DNA of 64,000 nt from Coriobacteriales bacterium (GTDB taxonomy: Bacteria > Actinomycetota > Coriobacteriia > Coriobacteriales > UBA8131): the NCBI GenBank assembly GCA_031264075.1, contig JAISEO010000092.1, positions 15,083 to 79,082 on the forward strand. Reading direction: 5' to 3'. Numbering within the stretch: the first letter of the stretch is position 1; the number at the start of each line of letters is the position of its first letter. Below, in pieces: positions 10,515 through 19,239 of the stretch. The translations under genes and the position numbers were made by a program. The notes under the pieces were generated by a model, which did not search any database, was not told the DNA's origin, and was given only the letters and a program-made list of their open reading frames with translations.

Positions 10515-10620
10515 ACGATCTCCTTTCAGTGAACAGTATAGCAAATCGAAGCATTTCAGTCGCGATACGTGCTTTGTAGGCAGGGAGGGTCGGAGCCAGG
10601 CGGATAAAGATTTGGCCAAT

Positions 10621-10703
10621 GGATTGCGCATGGTGCATACTAGAGCCAGTGAAGGATTGCGCATCGTGCAAAATGGAGACACCAAAGGATTGCGCATCGT
10701 CGG
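10621..10703. repeat. three tandem 33-bp repeats with core GGATTGCGCATSGT
   Basis: The core starts at 10621, 10654 and 10687, an exact 33-bp period. On the + strand it reads GLRMV../GLRIV../GLRIV... Confidence 0.8.
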
Positions 10704-11040
10704 CATCAACGAAGGCATGCTTACCGAGAATATCGTGGCACAGATGCTGCGTGCAAACGGCCATCGACTCTTTTTCTATTCGCAGTCAGGAAAAAACGAG
10801 GGCGAGGAACGTATGGAGATTGACTTCCTGATTGTGCGACCCTACGCCAACGCGGCTATGAAACCACGCATCAGTCCGATAGAGGTTAAATCTCCCCGGC
10901 AGTATGGCACCATATCGCTTGATCGTTTCAAGAAGAAGTTGGGCAAGCGTATCGGCACGCAATATGTCCTTCATGTCAAACAGCTGAAGGTAGAGGGGGA
11001 TCTGGCATACCTACCCTTATACATGGGCTTTTGCCTCTGA
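10621..11040 (+). pseudogene. C-terminal fragment of an AAA ATPase (DUF4143-type)
   Basis: ..LTENIVAQMLRANGHRLFFYSQS..EIDFLIV..ISPIEVKS..LPLYMGFCL aligns with the C-terminus of the intact paralog at 36585-37889 (..LAENYVAQQLVARSNQLYYWTSN..EVDFVLQ..AIEVKS..VPLYAAFCL). The Walker A half is missing. Confidence 0.6.
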
Positions 11041-11045
11041 GTTGA

Positions 11046-11170
11046 CCTGTTGTAAAGTTGTTAGAGTTGTTCAGGCGTGAGACATGCTGGTGAATAGACT
11101 CGTCGCGGTTATTGGAGTAAAAGAAGATAACGTAAGACAAAATGAACCATAAGCCAACCCGAGTGTACAT
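11046..11170 (-). pseudogene. truncated second copy of the DUF4160 gene
   Basis: Nucleotide-level homology to 10130-10215. ..YVIFFYSNNRDESIHQHVSRLNNSNNF.. matches ..YVIFFYSNDRDEPVHYHVSRLNDYNNF... The C-terminal part is absent. Confidence 0.55.
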
Positions 11171-11193
11171 AGTTTTGTGGTAAAATTGGCCGT

Positions 11194-11583
11194 ATGAACA
11201 GAGACTATGACGGCTGGAATAGTTACAAAAAGAGCTTGGAAAAAGCCGGTAGACAGCAGACCTTTAACACTGGGCAAGTTTGGTGGTGTGCAGTTGGTGT
11301 CAACATCGGACGAGAGCAGGACGGTAAAAACGCTCAGTTTGAACGACCAATCTTAATTTTTCGTAAATTCGGTGCGGAGACATTTCTTGGATTGCCGCTA
11401 TCCACCAGCCACAAAGAGGGTATTTTTTATTCGTCGTTTACGCTCAACGGCAGAAAAAGCTCAGTGCTTTTGTCGCAGGCGCGCGTTCTGAGCCAGCATA
11501 GGTTACTGCGCAATATGGGGCGGATTACTGCCACAGATATGAAATGTATTAAGCAAGATTTCCATAATCTGATTGGAAAGTAA
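11194..11583 (+). CDS. PemK/MazF-family toxin-like protein (solitary)
   Basis: ..FNTGQVWWCAVGVNIGREQDGKNAQFERPILIFRKF..GLPLSTS.. matches the long PemK/MazF subfamily pattern. No adjacent antitoxin ORF is evident. Confidence 0.6.
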   Translation: MNRDYDGWNSYKKSLEKAGRQQTFNTGQVWWCAVGVNIGREQDGKNAQFERPILIFRKFGAETFLGLPLSTSHKEGIFYSSFTLNGRKSSVLLSQARVLSQHRLLRNMGRITATDMKCIKQDFHNLIGK

Positions 11584-11750
11584 AAAAACGGAGTTCCGAT
11601 TGCTCGGAACTCCTCAATTACGCCGAAGCGCCATGTTGTGGATACAGGTTACCACATACAGGGTCGAAGCGTCAATAGGCCGACAAGCGTGGACGCTACA
11701 CCGCAGCTGCGCAGGTAGTGCTGCTGTGCCGGGCTGCAAATCGGAGAGTT

Positions 11751-12986
11751 CTACCTCTTCCGTCGCCCTCGGATAACAGCAACTAAGAGTATGATGCCAG
11801 CAACGAGGAACACGGCGATTGGCAACAAAATGAATCCCGCTTCAGATCCCACGGATAAAATTTGCTTGCTCGGGGTATCGGGTTCACTATCTTCCAGATC
11901 ACTGAAATCCGCAAGACCGTCCAGTAGAATTGGTTGATTGTTTTCAAAATCGATCTCGTAAACTTCGCCGTCGATGATGTTGTAAGCTTTTGGCTCGTTC
12001 GAGCCAGATTCGGGTGGATCATAGCCAATTATCGTTTTCGAGACATTCATTTGACCGTTGTCGGTAGCTTCGACAATAATACGATAGTCGCCATCAGCTG
12101 GCGTGATGATGTCCTTCTCACCAGCATCATTTGTCAGAACCACTACATTCGAGTCGTGGCTTTCGGCAAGGTTGTCGATTACGCTAGCCACAATTTCATC
12201 GCCTAGAACGACCTTGACATCTGTTGGGCAGTGGATTCTTCTCCACGCCCACAGCATGCTGAGCTTCATGTACTCGTGTGTTGGCTCCTTCGTGAAGATG
12301 TTGGCCAGGTAGTTCTCTACCCGATGTGCTATAAAACCGTCATAGTTAGCTCCAATGATATTCTCTCCGAAGTAGCTGTCTACTACCTGTTGGCTGTAGT
12401 TATAGCCGATAGTTCGGCCATTTTTGACCCAGCCAAAGCCGCCACAGTTCTCCAGGAAGTTCCCACCGACGACATTCGTGATATGGGATATATTGCCACC
12501 CTTCTTGTTAAAGATAGTGTTGGGCGTCCCAAACGTTACGGCGTTGCAGTTTGACGCCGTTAGTTTAGTGCCGTTGATCTCAGAACCATTAGCCAGCAAG
12601 TCCGTGATCCCAGCTCCGCGCGAATAACCACTTAGGACGAAGAAAGCGCGATCAGGGTCGATGTCGTTCGTATCTTCGGAGACGTACTGATTCAGTCTTT
12701 TACCTGCCTGTTCCTTGGCGGCTTCAAACCCGATGTGATTACCTTGCTTGTTGGCGATATAGCTGGCATCTGAGAGCCACTGTAGATCTGGGAACTCCGC
12801 TGTGCCCTCCGCGAATGCGAAGACCAGCTCTTTGTCATCGGCATTTTTATGGGCGAACCAGATGGTAGTGCCGTCGGGGAATCCTTCTCGGACGACCGTT
12901 CTCTCGATGTTTTTGAACCCAAGCTCATTGAGATTGGCTAACGTGGCTAAATATCGGGTCACTTTCGACCAAGCCTTTGTAGTCAT
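11751..12986 (-). CDS. lipase-like alpha/beta hydrolase with C-terminal membrane anchor
   Basis: Has a nucleophile-elbow-like motif, FVLSGYSRGAG (G-x-S-x-G). The C-terminus has a TM helix followed by RGRRKR. No N-terminal signal peptide is present in this frame. Confidence 0.45.
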   Translation of the reverse strand: MTTKAWSKVTRYLATLANLNELGFKNIERTVVREGFPDGTTIWFAHKNADDKELVFAFAEGTAEFPDLQWLSDASYIANKQGNHIGFEAAKEQAGKRLNQYVSEDTNDIDPDRAFFVLSGYSRGAGITDLLANGSEINGTKLTASNCNAVTFGTPNTIFNKKGGNISHITNVVGGNFLENCGGFGWVKNGRTIGYNYSQQVVDSYFGENIIGANYDGFIAHRVENYLANIFTKEPTHEYMKLSMLWAWRRIHCPTDVKVVLGDEIVASVIDNLAESHDSNVVVLTNDAGEKDIITPADGDYRIIVEATDNGQMNVSKTIIGYDPPESGSNEPKAYNIIDGEVYEIDFENNQPILLDGLADFSDLEDSEPDTPSKQILSVGSEAGFILLPIAVFLVAGIILLVAVIRGRRKR

Positions 12987-13125
12987 CGTTGTAGAATATG
13001 AGGTTCATTGGGACGACGTCGCCATCTTGCCAATCGTAGTCATCAGCAAAAACTGGTTGCGGCATGAATGGCATCCAGGCAGATAATGCAATTACCAAAA
13101 GCACACACAAAATTCTATTAACCAT
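12925..13125 (-). CDS. small signal-peptide ORF, possibly the frameshifted N-terminus of the lipase-like gene
   Basis: MVNRILCVLLVIALSAWMP.. is signal-peptide-like. The ORF overlaps the start of the 11751-12986 ORF in another frame. Confidence 0.3.
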   Translation of the reverse strand: MVNRILCVLLVIALSAWMPFMPQPVFADDYDWQDGDVVPMNLIFYNDDYKGLVESDPIFSHVSQSQ

Positions 13126-13243
13126 AATATAAAAGCATCCCCAAAATCTTACATCTCCCGAATACCATGTGAACTCTCCTCTCAAAAACTCAATTGATGC
13201 CACTCTGCTTATTTCAGCAGAAAGGGGACGCTTCCCTGTCTGC

Positions 13244-13870
13244 TCACAGCTCAATAAGGCTCCTTATCTTTTCCAGGATGCCAGGGCCAATCCCTTCTAC
13301 GTTCTGGAGATCCTCGATGCGGGTGAAGGGGCCATGCACTGCGCGGTAGTTGATGATCCTCTCAGCTATCACGGGGCCGATGCCGGGCAGCGTCTGCAGG
13401 ACATACACATCGGCGGTGTTGATGTTCACCATGCCTGTGTCTGAATCGACGGACGGTGTGTCGGACGGCGTGTTCGTGTCCTCTGTTGTTACCGCAGGTC
13501 TGGTGGGGATGAAAACGCGCGCGCCATCCTCGAGTACAGCCGCTCGATTGATGGTACTCTCGTCGGCGTCCGGCGTAAGTCCACCCGCAAGATCCAGGGC
13601 ATCCTGGACACGGCTGTCTTCGGGCAGCTCATAGACGCCGGGGCTTTGAACGGCACCCGCAACATCCACAAGGATGACGCCGGCTTCCTCTGTCTGCTGA
13701 GCCGTATAGAGTTGAAACCCACCGTAGCCCAAGGCAATGAGCGCCATAAGGACCAGGAAAAAGATAATCAACCCCTTGCCCTTGATAGGGAGTGACAGCC
13801 GTGGAAGCAGGTTCCAAAGAGGGCTTTTCCCGGTAGTAGCAGAGCGCGGCTTTTGCTTTTCCTTTGACAT
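13244..13870 (-). CDS. comEA: competence protein ComEA (SLBB domain plus helix-hairpin-helix DNA-binding domain)
   Basis: N-terminal TM helix. The C-terminus (..VNINTADVYVLQTLPGIGPVIAERIINYRAVHGPFTRIEDLQNVEGIGPGILEKI..) is the ComEA HhH motif pair. Confidence 0.85.
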   Translation of the reverse strand: MSKEKQKPRSATTGKSPLWNLLPRLSLPIKGKGLIIFFLVLMALIALGYGGFQLYTAQQTEEAGVILVDVAGAVQSPGVYELPEDSRVQDALDLAGGLTPDADESTINRAAVLEDGARVFIPTRPAVTTEDTNTPSDTPSVDSDTGMVNINTADVYVLQTLPGIGPVIAERIINYRAVHGPFTRIEDLQNVEGIGPGILEKIRSLIEL

Positions 13871-13897
13871 GGATACTCCTTTCCAGACTTCGTTCGA

Positions 13898-16345
13898 TTA
13901 CAGATTCAGCCATAAAGCGGGGCGGACGCCGACAAGGTCTTGGTTGGTGACGTGGGCGTAGTTCCAGTCGGAGTTGCTGGTATTGCGGACGGACACCGCG
14001 AAGTATGCAGATATGCCCGGCGAACGCAGTCGCCACCAGGAGCTATTGCCCTGAAGATCGCTTGCGATCCGATCTGAAGCGTTTGCAAAATACTTTTCCG
14101 CCTCGTCAATAGAGAGCAAGAAGACCCTGTCCTCCGTTGGGTTGCCGCCGCTGGTTCCTTCTTTAGGGTTATCGGGGTTCTGGTTCGTGACCGTGGCGAT
14201 GCGCGACTGCTCATTTGCGGAGAAGCTGGCTAGGAACTCCCCATTGAGGTACTGCCTTAGGGCACAGGTCTCCCAGGTGGCCTCGCTACGCTGCTCATTA
14301 TAAGATCTATCCTCAAGCACGTGCTCGGAGATGAGCAACATCCTGCCGTTCTCGGCGGCAAGCACCCGCCAAGTGATGGGCTTGCCATCCCAAGTACCGA
14401 ACTCAATATGCTCGATAGAAGGAAGGTCTGCCTGGTCATTCACAGCTGCAATGTTGAAGTCAGTAGGAAGAATCACTTGGTCATTCGCAGTCAGATTTAG
14501 CCATAGCGCGGGGCGGACACCATTACTGTAGGAGTCGTTACCATCGCCGAGGCCGGTGCCGTTGGCGTTGAGTTCGCCGCTGCTCATGATGTCAGCCGCG
14601 TGATGCACAGTGGCTCCCGGGGAACGCAGCCACCACCAGGAGTGTTCACCTTGAAGCTTGTCTGCAATTCGATCCGAATCTTCTGTAAAATACTTTGCCG
14701 CCTCGTCGAAAGAGAGCAGAAAAACCCTGTCCTCTGTTGGATTGCCGCCATCGGTGCCGTAAACAGGGTTATCGTTATTCTGATTCACGACCGTGGTGAT
14801 GCGCGTCTGCTCGTCTGCAGAGAAGTTTGCCTGCAGGAACTCTCCGTTGAGGTACTGCCTTAGGGTGCAGGTCTCCCAGGTGATATCGCCGCCCTGCTCG
14901 TTGTACCGCCTATCCTCAAGTAGATACGCTGAGATGAGCAGCGCCCTGTCGTCCTCAACGGCAAGCACACGCCAGGCGATGGGCTCACCGTTCCAGGTAC
15001 CGAATTCAATACGCTCGGTAGAAGGAGGTTCCACCTGGTCATTCGCGGCCACTGGGTTGGAGGCAGAAGAGTTAGCAGCGCTAGCTGTCGATTGTGTTTG
15101 CGAAGCAGCCGGTCTTTGTTGTGAGCTATTACCCACATTAGTGCTGCAACTATGTGTCGCCGCCATAAATAAGATGAACGCTATCACAAGTCCGCCAGCG
15201 AAAAGGAATGGGACGAGCTCGGGCCCGCTATCCTCTTTCTCCTCCGGCTCTTCATGCGGATATGGAGCTTGCTTCGCAGGCGGATTTGTGTTCGATTTGT
15301 GTTTTTGCTGGCTCTGCGACTGTTGCGGAGGTGATGACGAGGGTGCACTGGCTGGGGTGGTCTGTGAAGCCGCGCTTACAGGAAACACATTGAAGACTCC
15401 AGATGCGGGGGTGCCCCCTGCGGCGGTGTCCCGCGTAGACGAGTCCGCTGCGGCACGCTCTGCCACCGGTTTGCTCTCGCAATGTACAATCGCTGTTCGG
15501 AGGGCGCTGCTCCAAGCGGCTAGCGGCGGTCTGTTTGCTGCGTCTTTCAACGAGTCTTCGATAACAGTCCTTACGCCCGCATCCACCTGCGCTGGCAGGC
15601 GGCTGGTATTGGCCGAAGCCTGGTAGTGGGCGGCACTGTCGCTTTTCATCAAGAGTCTCAACGCCAGCAGGCCGAGCTTGTAGACATCTGCCGCTGGCGT
15701 TCCCAGAGCTTCTTCGGGGTATCGCTCTGTAACGCTCCAGTTGCCGGTCTCAGTCTGGGGAAAGACCATCTTGCTGTCCAAAGAGAAGCTGTCGCAGTCC
15801 AGGAAGAACACCGAGCAGTCACCAAGTGAGAACAATATGTTGCTGTGCGAGAAGTCCCCAACACAGATATCGTGTTCATGGAAGAAGTTAAGCCCTCTCA
15901 CGACGGAGAGCAACAGCTTGTAGCGCGCTTTGTTTGTGAGCGGTATCTGTCTGCGGGCAAGCAGCCTGTCTGGCATAAGGAGGTGCTCAAACTTGGCCTC
16001 CACCACCTTTGTGCCTGTCGAGAAGCTGATGGGGCAGTAAAACCTCAGAGGTATCTGTACCATCAAAAAGCCGGAGACGCCACCATCGTTCTTGTCTTTG
16101 ACAAGCTCGTGCGGCCAGCAGCAGATGCTGTCCAGGTAGCTCTTATCGCCTGTGCCCAGACCATGGTAGAAGTCCGTAAAGGTGGCAAGGCTGTCCGCAT
16201 TGGGGTTTGCGTAGCTCTTGTATTCCTTGTAGACGTATTCCTGCCCGGCTCCCGAGATGCAGTGGGGATTCGTAACAGAGTACACGCTGCCAAACGAGCC
16301 TTCGGCCAGTTCTTTGTCTACTCCCAATGAGTCCTTACTTATCAC
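13898..16345 (-). CDS. atypical Ser/Thr kinase-like membrane protein, paralog 1, with two DUF6273-like ectodomain repeats
   Basis: GTG start. Kinase-like motifs: EGSFGSVY, YVYKEY, GDFSHSN, FLDCDSF, DVYKLGLLALRLL. One TM helix. The C-terminus holds two copies of a roughly 170-aa module (..EFGTW.G.PI.WRVLA.. ..WWWLRSPG.. ..VRPALWLNL). Confidence 0.8.
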   Translation of the reverse strand: MISKDSLGVDKELAEGSFGSVYSVTNPHCISGAGQEYVYKEYKSYANPNADSLATFTDFYHGLGTGDKSYLDSICCWPHELVKDKNDGGVSGFLMVQIPLRFYCPISFSTGTKVVEAKFEHLLMPDRLLARRQIPLTNKARYKLLLSVVRGLNFFHEHDICVGDFSHSNILFSLGDCSVFFLDCDSFSLDSKMVFPQTETGNWSVTERYPEEALGTPAADVYKLGLLALRLLMKSDSAAHYQASANTSRLPAQVDAGVRTVIEDSLKDAANRPPLAAWSSALRTAIVHCESKPVAERAAADSSTRDTAAGGTPASGVFNVFPVSAASQTTPASAPSSSPPQQSQSQQKHKSNTNPPAKQAPYPHEEPEEKEDSGPELVPFLFAGGLVIAFILFMAATHSCSTNVGNSSQQRPAASQTQSTASAANSSASNPVAANDQVEPPSTERIEFGTWNGEPIAWRVLAVEDDRALLISAYLLEDRRYNEQGGDITWETCTLRQYLNGEFLQANFSADEQTRITTVVNQNNDNPVYGTDGGNPTEDRVFLLSFDEAAKYFTEDSDRIADKLQGEHSWWWLRSPGATVHHAADIMSSGELNANGTGLGDGNDSYSNGVRPALWLNLTANDQVILPTDFNIAAVNDQADLPSIEHIEFGTWDGKPITWRVLAAENGRMLLISEHVLEDRSYNEQRSEATWETCALRQYLNGEFLASFSANEQSRIATVTNQNPDNPKEGTSGGNPTEDRVFLLSIDEAEKYFANASDRIASDLQGNSSWWRLRSPGISAYFAVSVRNTSNSDWNYAHVTNQDLVGVRPALWLNL

Positions 16346-16423
16346 GCGTGGTTCCTTTCGGCTGGATTGTGGTGGCGCTCACGAAATTTCATCGTCATTT
16401 TCTCCCTGGATTACATCTTCTGC

Positions 16424-17215
16424 TTACTCAAGCTTGGATTCAGCGTCTGAGACAGCCTGGTAGCTCCGAAACTCCTGATAGTTTCGCAAATATTCAGCAA
16501 ATTCCGGAGAAGTGTCTGAATTGGTAGAACGCCAGGCTTTATGATCGATGATGCTGCTTTCAAGGCCAAAGTAGGCATCGATATAGGCGATTAGCTTATC
16601 AAGGGCCGTGAGCTGCTCGATTGGGTAATCACCATCGCCACCTACGTGAACCATCTCAATGCCAACAGAGTACGAATTCATTCCATAATCTGGATACGTT
16701 GGCCCAATGCTTACGGTGCCCTCCCGGTCATCACGCGACTCATCTTCAACATCAAATGCCTGGTTATTCCCTATATCGCCAAAGCCAGCGTGGTGAGCGA
16801 TTTTATCCAGGAGCACACACTGGTACACACTGCCATCTACGCCAACGATAAAATGTGCGGCGACTCCGGAACCGTTGCCGTCCCAATAATCTATGACAGA
16901 CTGAGGGCTGCCCCAACCTTCTGTATCGTGCAAAACGATGTACTTTTGGTACTCAGCTGGTTTTTCTCCATGAATAAAGGCAGCGCGATAGTCTTCCACA
17001 ATCCCTAACTCTTGACTAAGTTTCCGTATATCGCTTCGAGGGGAGTGTGCGTCTTCTGTGGTGGCGCTGTTGACAGGAGCAAGGCGATCCTGTAAAGGTG
17101 CGTCGAGATACAGGGATTCAGCTACGATTGGGCTGTGCTCTGTACAGCCGGAAAGCATGATAGTCAGAGTCAGCGCGGCAAGCATGGTTGGCCTCGGGAA
17201 GCGAGGATTAATCAT
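16424..17215 (-). CDS. N-acetylmuramoyl-L-alanine amidase (Amidase_2/PGRP type) lipoprotein
   Basis: Lipobox LSGC. ..YIVLHDTEG.. ..AAHFIVGVDGSVYQCV.. ..AHHAGFG.. ..NSYSVGIEMVH.. is the typical amidase_2 pattern. Confidence 0.8.
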   Translation of the reverse strand: MINPRFPRPTMLAALTLTIMLSGCTEHSPIVAESLYLDAPLQDRLAPVNSATTEDAHSPRSDIRKLSQELGIVEDYRAAFIHGEKPAEYQKYIVLHDTEGWGSPQSVIDYWDGNGSGVAAHFIVGVDGSVYQCVLLDKIAHHAGFGDIGNNQAFDVEDESRDDREGTVSIGPTYPDYGMNSYSVGIEMVHVGGDGDYPIEQLTALDKLIAYIDAYFGLESSIIDHKAWRSTNSDTSPEFAEYLRNYQEFRSYQAVSDAESKLE

Positions 17216-17365
17216 TGCACACCATCTTTCGGCCAGTTTGCCTCAGCTCTGCCCGTACGCATGACGCCATTACCGCAAGTAGTGGCATCACACGCACAAA
17301 CAGACCTGAGGCAAACTGATCCAAAATCTGGTGCACAAGCATTAATCCTCGCTTCCCTCATATGC

Positions 17366-19009
17366 TTAAATATACGGAGAGCCATCAGCTGTCTCGATTG
17401 AAAGAATCAGATCTGCGTTTTCCTTTTCGTAAGCGTTAAGCGGGCTTGGCAGAGCATCAAACTCCTCTGGCGAATAACGCTCCGTATACCAGTTTTTTGT
17501 TCTGAAATAGTCACGTAAATCCTGATTTTTGAAACCTCGTCCGTGGCGAGCGAAAATCTCATTTCTGGCAATATAGCGTTCCCAGGCAGACAGTTTGCGG
17601 ATTTCGGCTTCGGTTACGTATCGCTGATTGCTGTTTGAGATCATATAGTCACTGTTAGCTGTCGCTGGCTTGACTTCATCGGGCTCTGTGGTTTCGGGAG
17701 GACTGGTTGTGTTTTGTCTACGATCTTCTGGAGTTGCGCTGTTTGAACTTGTTCCTGTAGAAGAAGAGGAAGAAGAAGGAGAGGAAGAGGAAGTGGAAGA
17801 AGAAGGCGTGCTCCCACGCGAGTTGCTTACGCTCGCGTCTCTACTGCCCCCAGAACCGGAAAACGCGTCCACCGCATTATTCCCAACAAAAATCCCCAGT
17901 GCTATAACCATGACAGCGGCAAGCGCCATCCCTGCTTTTGCCGGCCATCCTATTTTTGCCTTGTGTGAAGGCTGTACCGCTGTTCCCATAGTATTGGGAA
18001 GAGGAGCGTAACCTGAACCATTGATCGGAGGCACGGCGACTTGGTGTAGCTGGCCAGGCATTGCTGTCATTACCGGCGCTGGATGAGAAGCCATGGTTTT
18101 GTTGGGGTATCCTACGGCACGTTCTGCCACAGGCTCGCTCACACAATTCATAATCGCTGCACGAAGGGCTGCACTCCACGTAGCAAGCGCTGGTCTGTCA
18201 GGCGCGTCTTTCAGGGAGTTCTCGATGACAGTCTTTACCTCCGCATCCATCTGCGATGGCAGACGTTCAATGTTCGTTGATGCCTGGTAGTGGGAGGGAT
18301 TGTCACTCTGCATCAACAATCGCAGTGCCAGCAGGCCGAGCTTGTAGATATCCGACTTCTCTGTTCCCGGTTCCTCTCCAGGGTATCTTTCCGCGACTCC
18401 CCAGTTCCCCGTCTCTGTCTGGGGGAATACGGTCTTGCTGCCCAAAGAGAAGCTGTCGCAGTCCAGGAAGAAGACTGAGCAGCCACTCAAAGAAAACAGT
18501 ACATTGCTGTGCGAGAAGTCCCCAACACATACCCCGTGCTCATGGAAGAAGTTGAGCCCTCTGACAACAGAGAGCAGCAGCTTGTAGCGCGCTTTGTCTG
18601 TGAGCGGTATCTGTCTGCGCGTGAGCAGTCTGTCCGGTATAAGGAGGTGCTCAAACTTGGCCTCCACCACCTTTGTGCCTGTCGAGAAGCTGATAGGGCA
18701 GTAGAACCTTTCGGGTATCTGTATCATCAAAAAGCCGGAGACGCCATCATTGCTCCCATCTTTGACGAGCTCGTGTGGCCAGCAGCAGATGCTGTCCAGG
18801 TAACTCTTGTCACCGGTGCTCAGGCCATGGTAGAACTTCGCAAACGCGGCGAGGCTGTCCTCGTCTGGGCTTACGTACTCCTTATACTCCTTGTAGACGT
18901 ATTCCTGCCCGGCTCCCGAGATACAGTGGGGGTTCGTGATAGAGTACACGCTGCCAAACGAACCTTCGGCCAGTTCTTTGTCTACTCCTAGCGAGTTCTT
19001 ACTTATCAC
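17366..19009 (-). CDS. atypical Ser/Thr kinase-like membrane protein, paralog 2, with C-terminal YARHG domain
   Basis: Same kinase-like core as paralog 1 (EGSFGSVY, YVYKEY, GDFSHSN, FLDCDSF). Followed by a TM helix, a Ser-rich linker and ..YIARNEIFARHGRGFKNQDLRDYFRTKNWY.. (YARHG). Confidence 0.8.
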   Translation of the reverse strand: MISKNSLGVDKELAEGSFGSVYSITNPHCISGAGQEYVYKEYKEYVSPDEDSLAAFAKFYHGLSTGDKSYLDSICCWPHELVKDGSNDGVSGFLMIQIPERFYCPISFSTGTKVVEAKFEHLLIPDRLLTRRQIPLTDKARYKLLLSVVRGLNFFHEHGVCVGDFSHSNVLFSLSGCSVFFLDCDSFSLGSKTVFPQTETGNWGVAERYPGEEPGTEKSDIYKLGLLALRLLMQSDNPSHYQASTNIERLPSQMDAEVKTVIENSLKDAPDRPALATWSAALRAAIMNCVSEPVAERAVGYPNKTMASHPAPVMTAMPGQLHQVAVPPINGSGYAPLPNTMGTAVQPSHKAKIGWPAKAGMALAAVMVIALGIFVGNNAVDAFSGSGGSRDASVSNSRGSTPSSSTSSSSPSSSSSSTGTSSNSATPEDRRQNTTSPPETTEPDEVKPATANSDYMISNSNQRYVTEAEIRKLSAWERYIARNEIFARHGRGFKNQDLRDYFRTKNWYTERYSPEEFDALPSPLNAYEKENADLILSIETADGSPYI

Positions 19010-19061
19010 GCGTAGTTCCTTTCGGCTAAATTGCCAGTTGCAGGTTGACTTTCTTCTCCTT

Positions 19062-19209
19062 GCAAAGGCTTAAATCCACTTGCTTCATCAGTTTGCCTTG
19101 CTGCTTTACGCTTCGCTCAATTTAGCTTTGCGCTGCACTGTCTTTCCGGCGCGGCCGCCGTGGCGATACCTTTGTTCACCACATATTTGATACTGTCGAG
19201 GACTCTCAT
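19062..19209 (-). pseudogene. 5' remnant of the coiled-coil zinc-ribbon gene (paralog of 23616-24134)
   Basis: MRVLDSIKYVVNKGIATAA.. then a stop. Nucleotide homology to 23990-24134 (MGVLDSIKDVANKGIATTG..) continues out of frame. Confidence 0.6.
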
Positions 19210-19239
19210 GACATTTTCCTTTCTTGGTGTATAAAGGCG

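Noticed and set aside
10515-10718. N-terminal extension of the 10227 ORF containing a TMRNP repeat.
   Set aside because: It is produced by reading the 33-bp tandem repeats on the opposite strand. An internal MVMRHFF start gives a compact gene.
13898-15060. Diversity-generating retroelement targeting the duplicated DUF6273 modules.
   Set aside because: No reverse transcriptase or accessory gene is present in the window. The two modules differ at all base types, not in an adenine-specific pattern, as far as I can see by eye.
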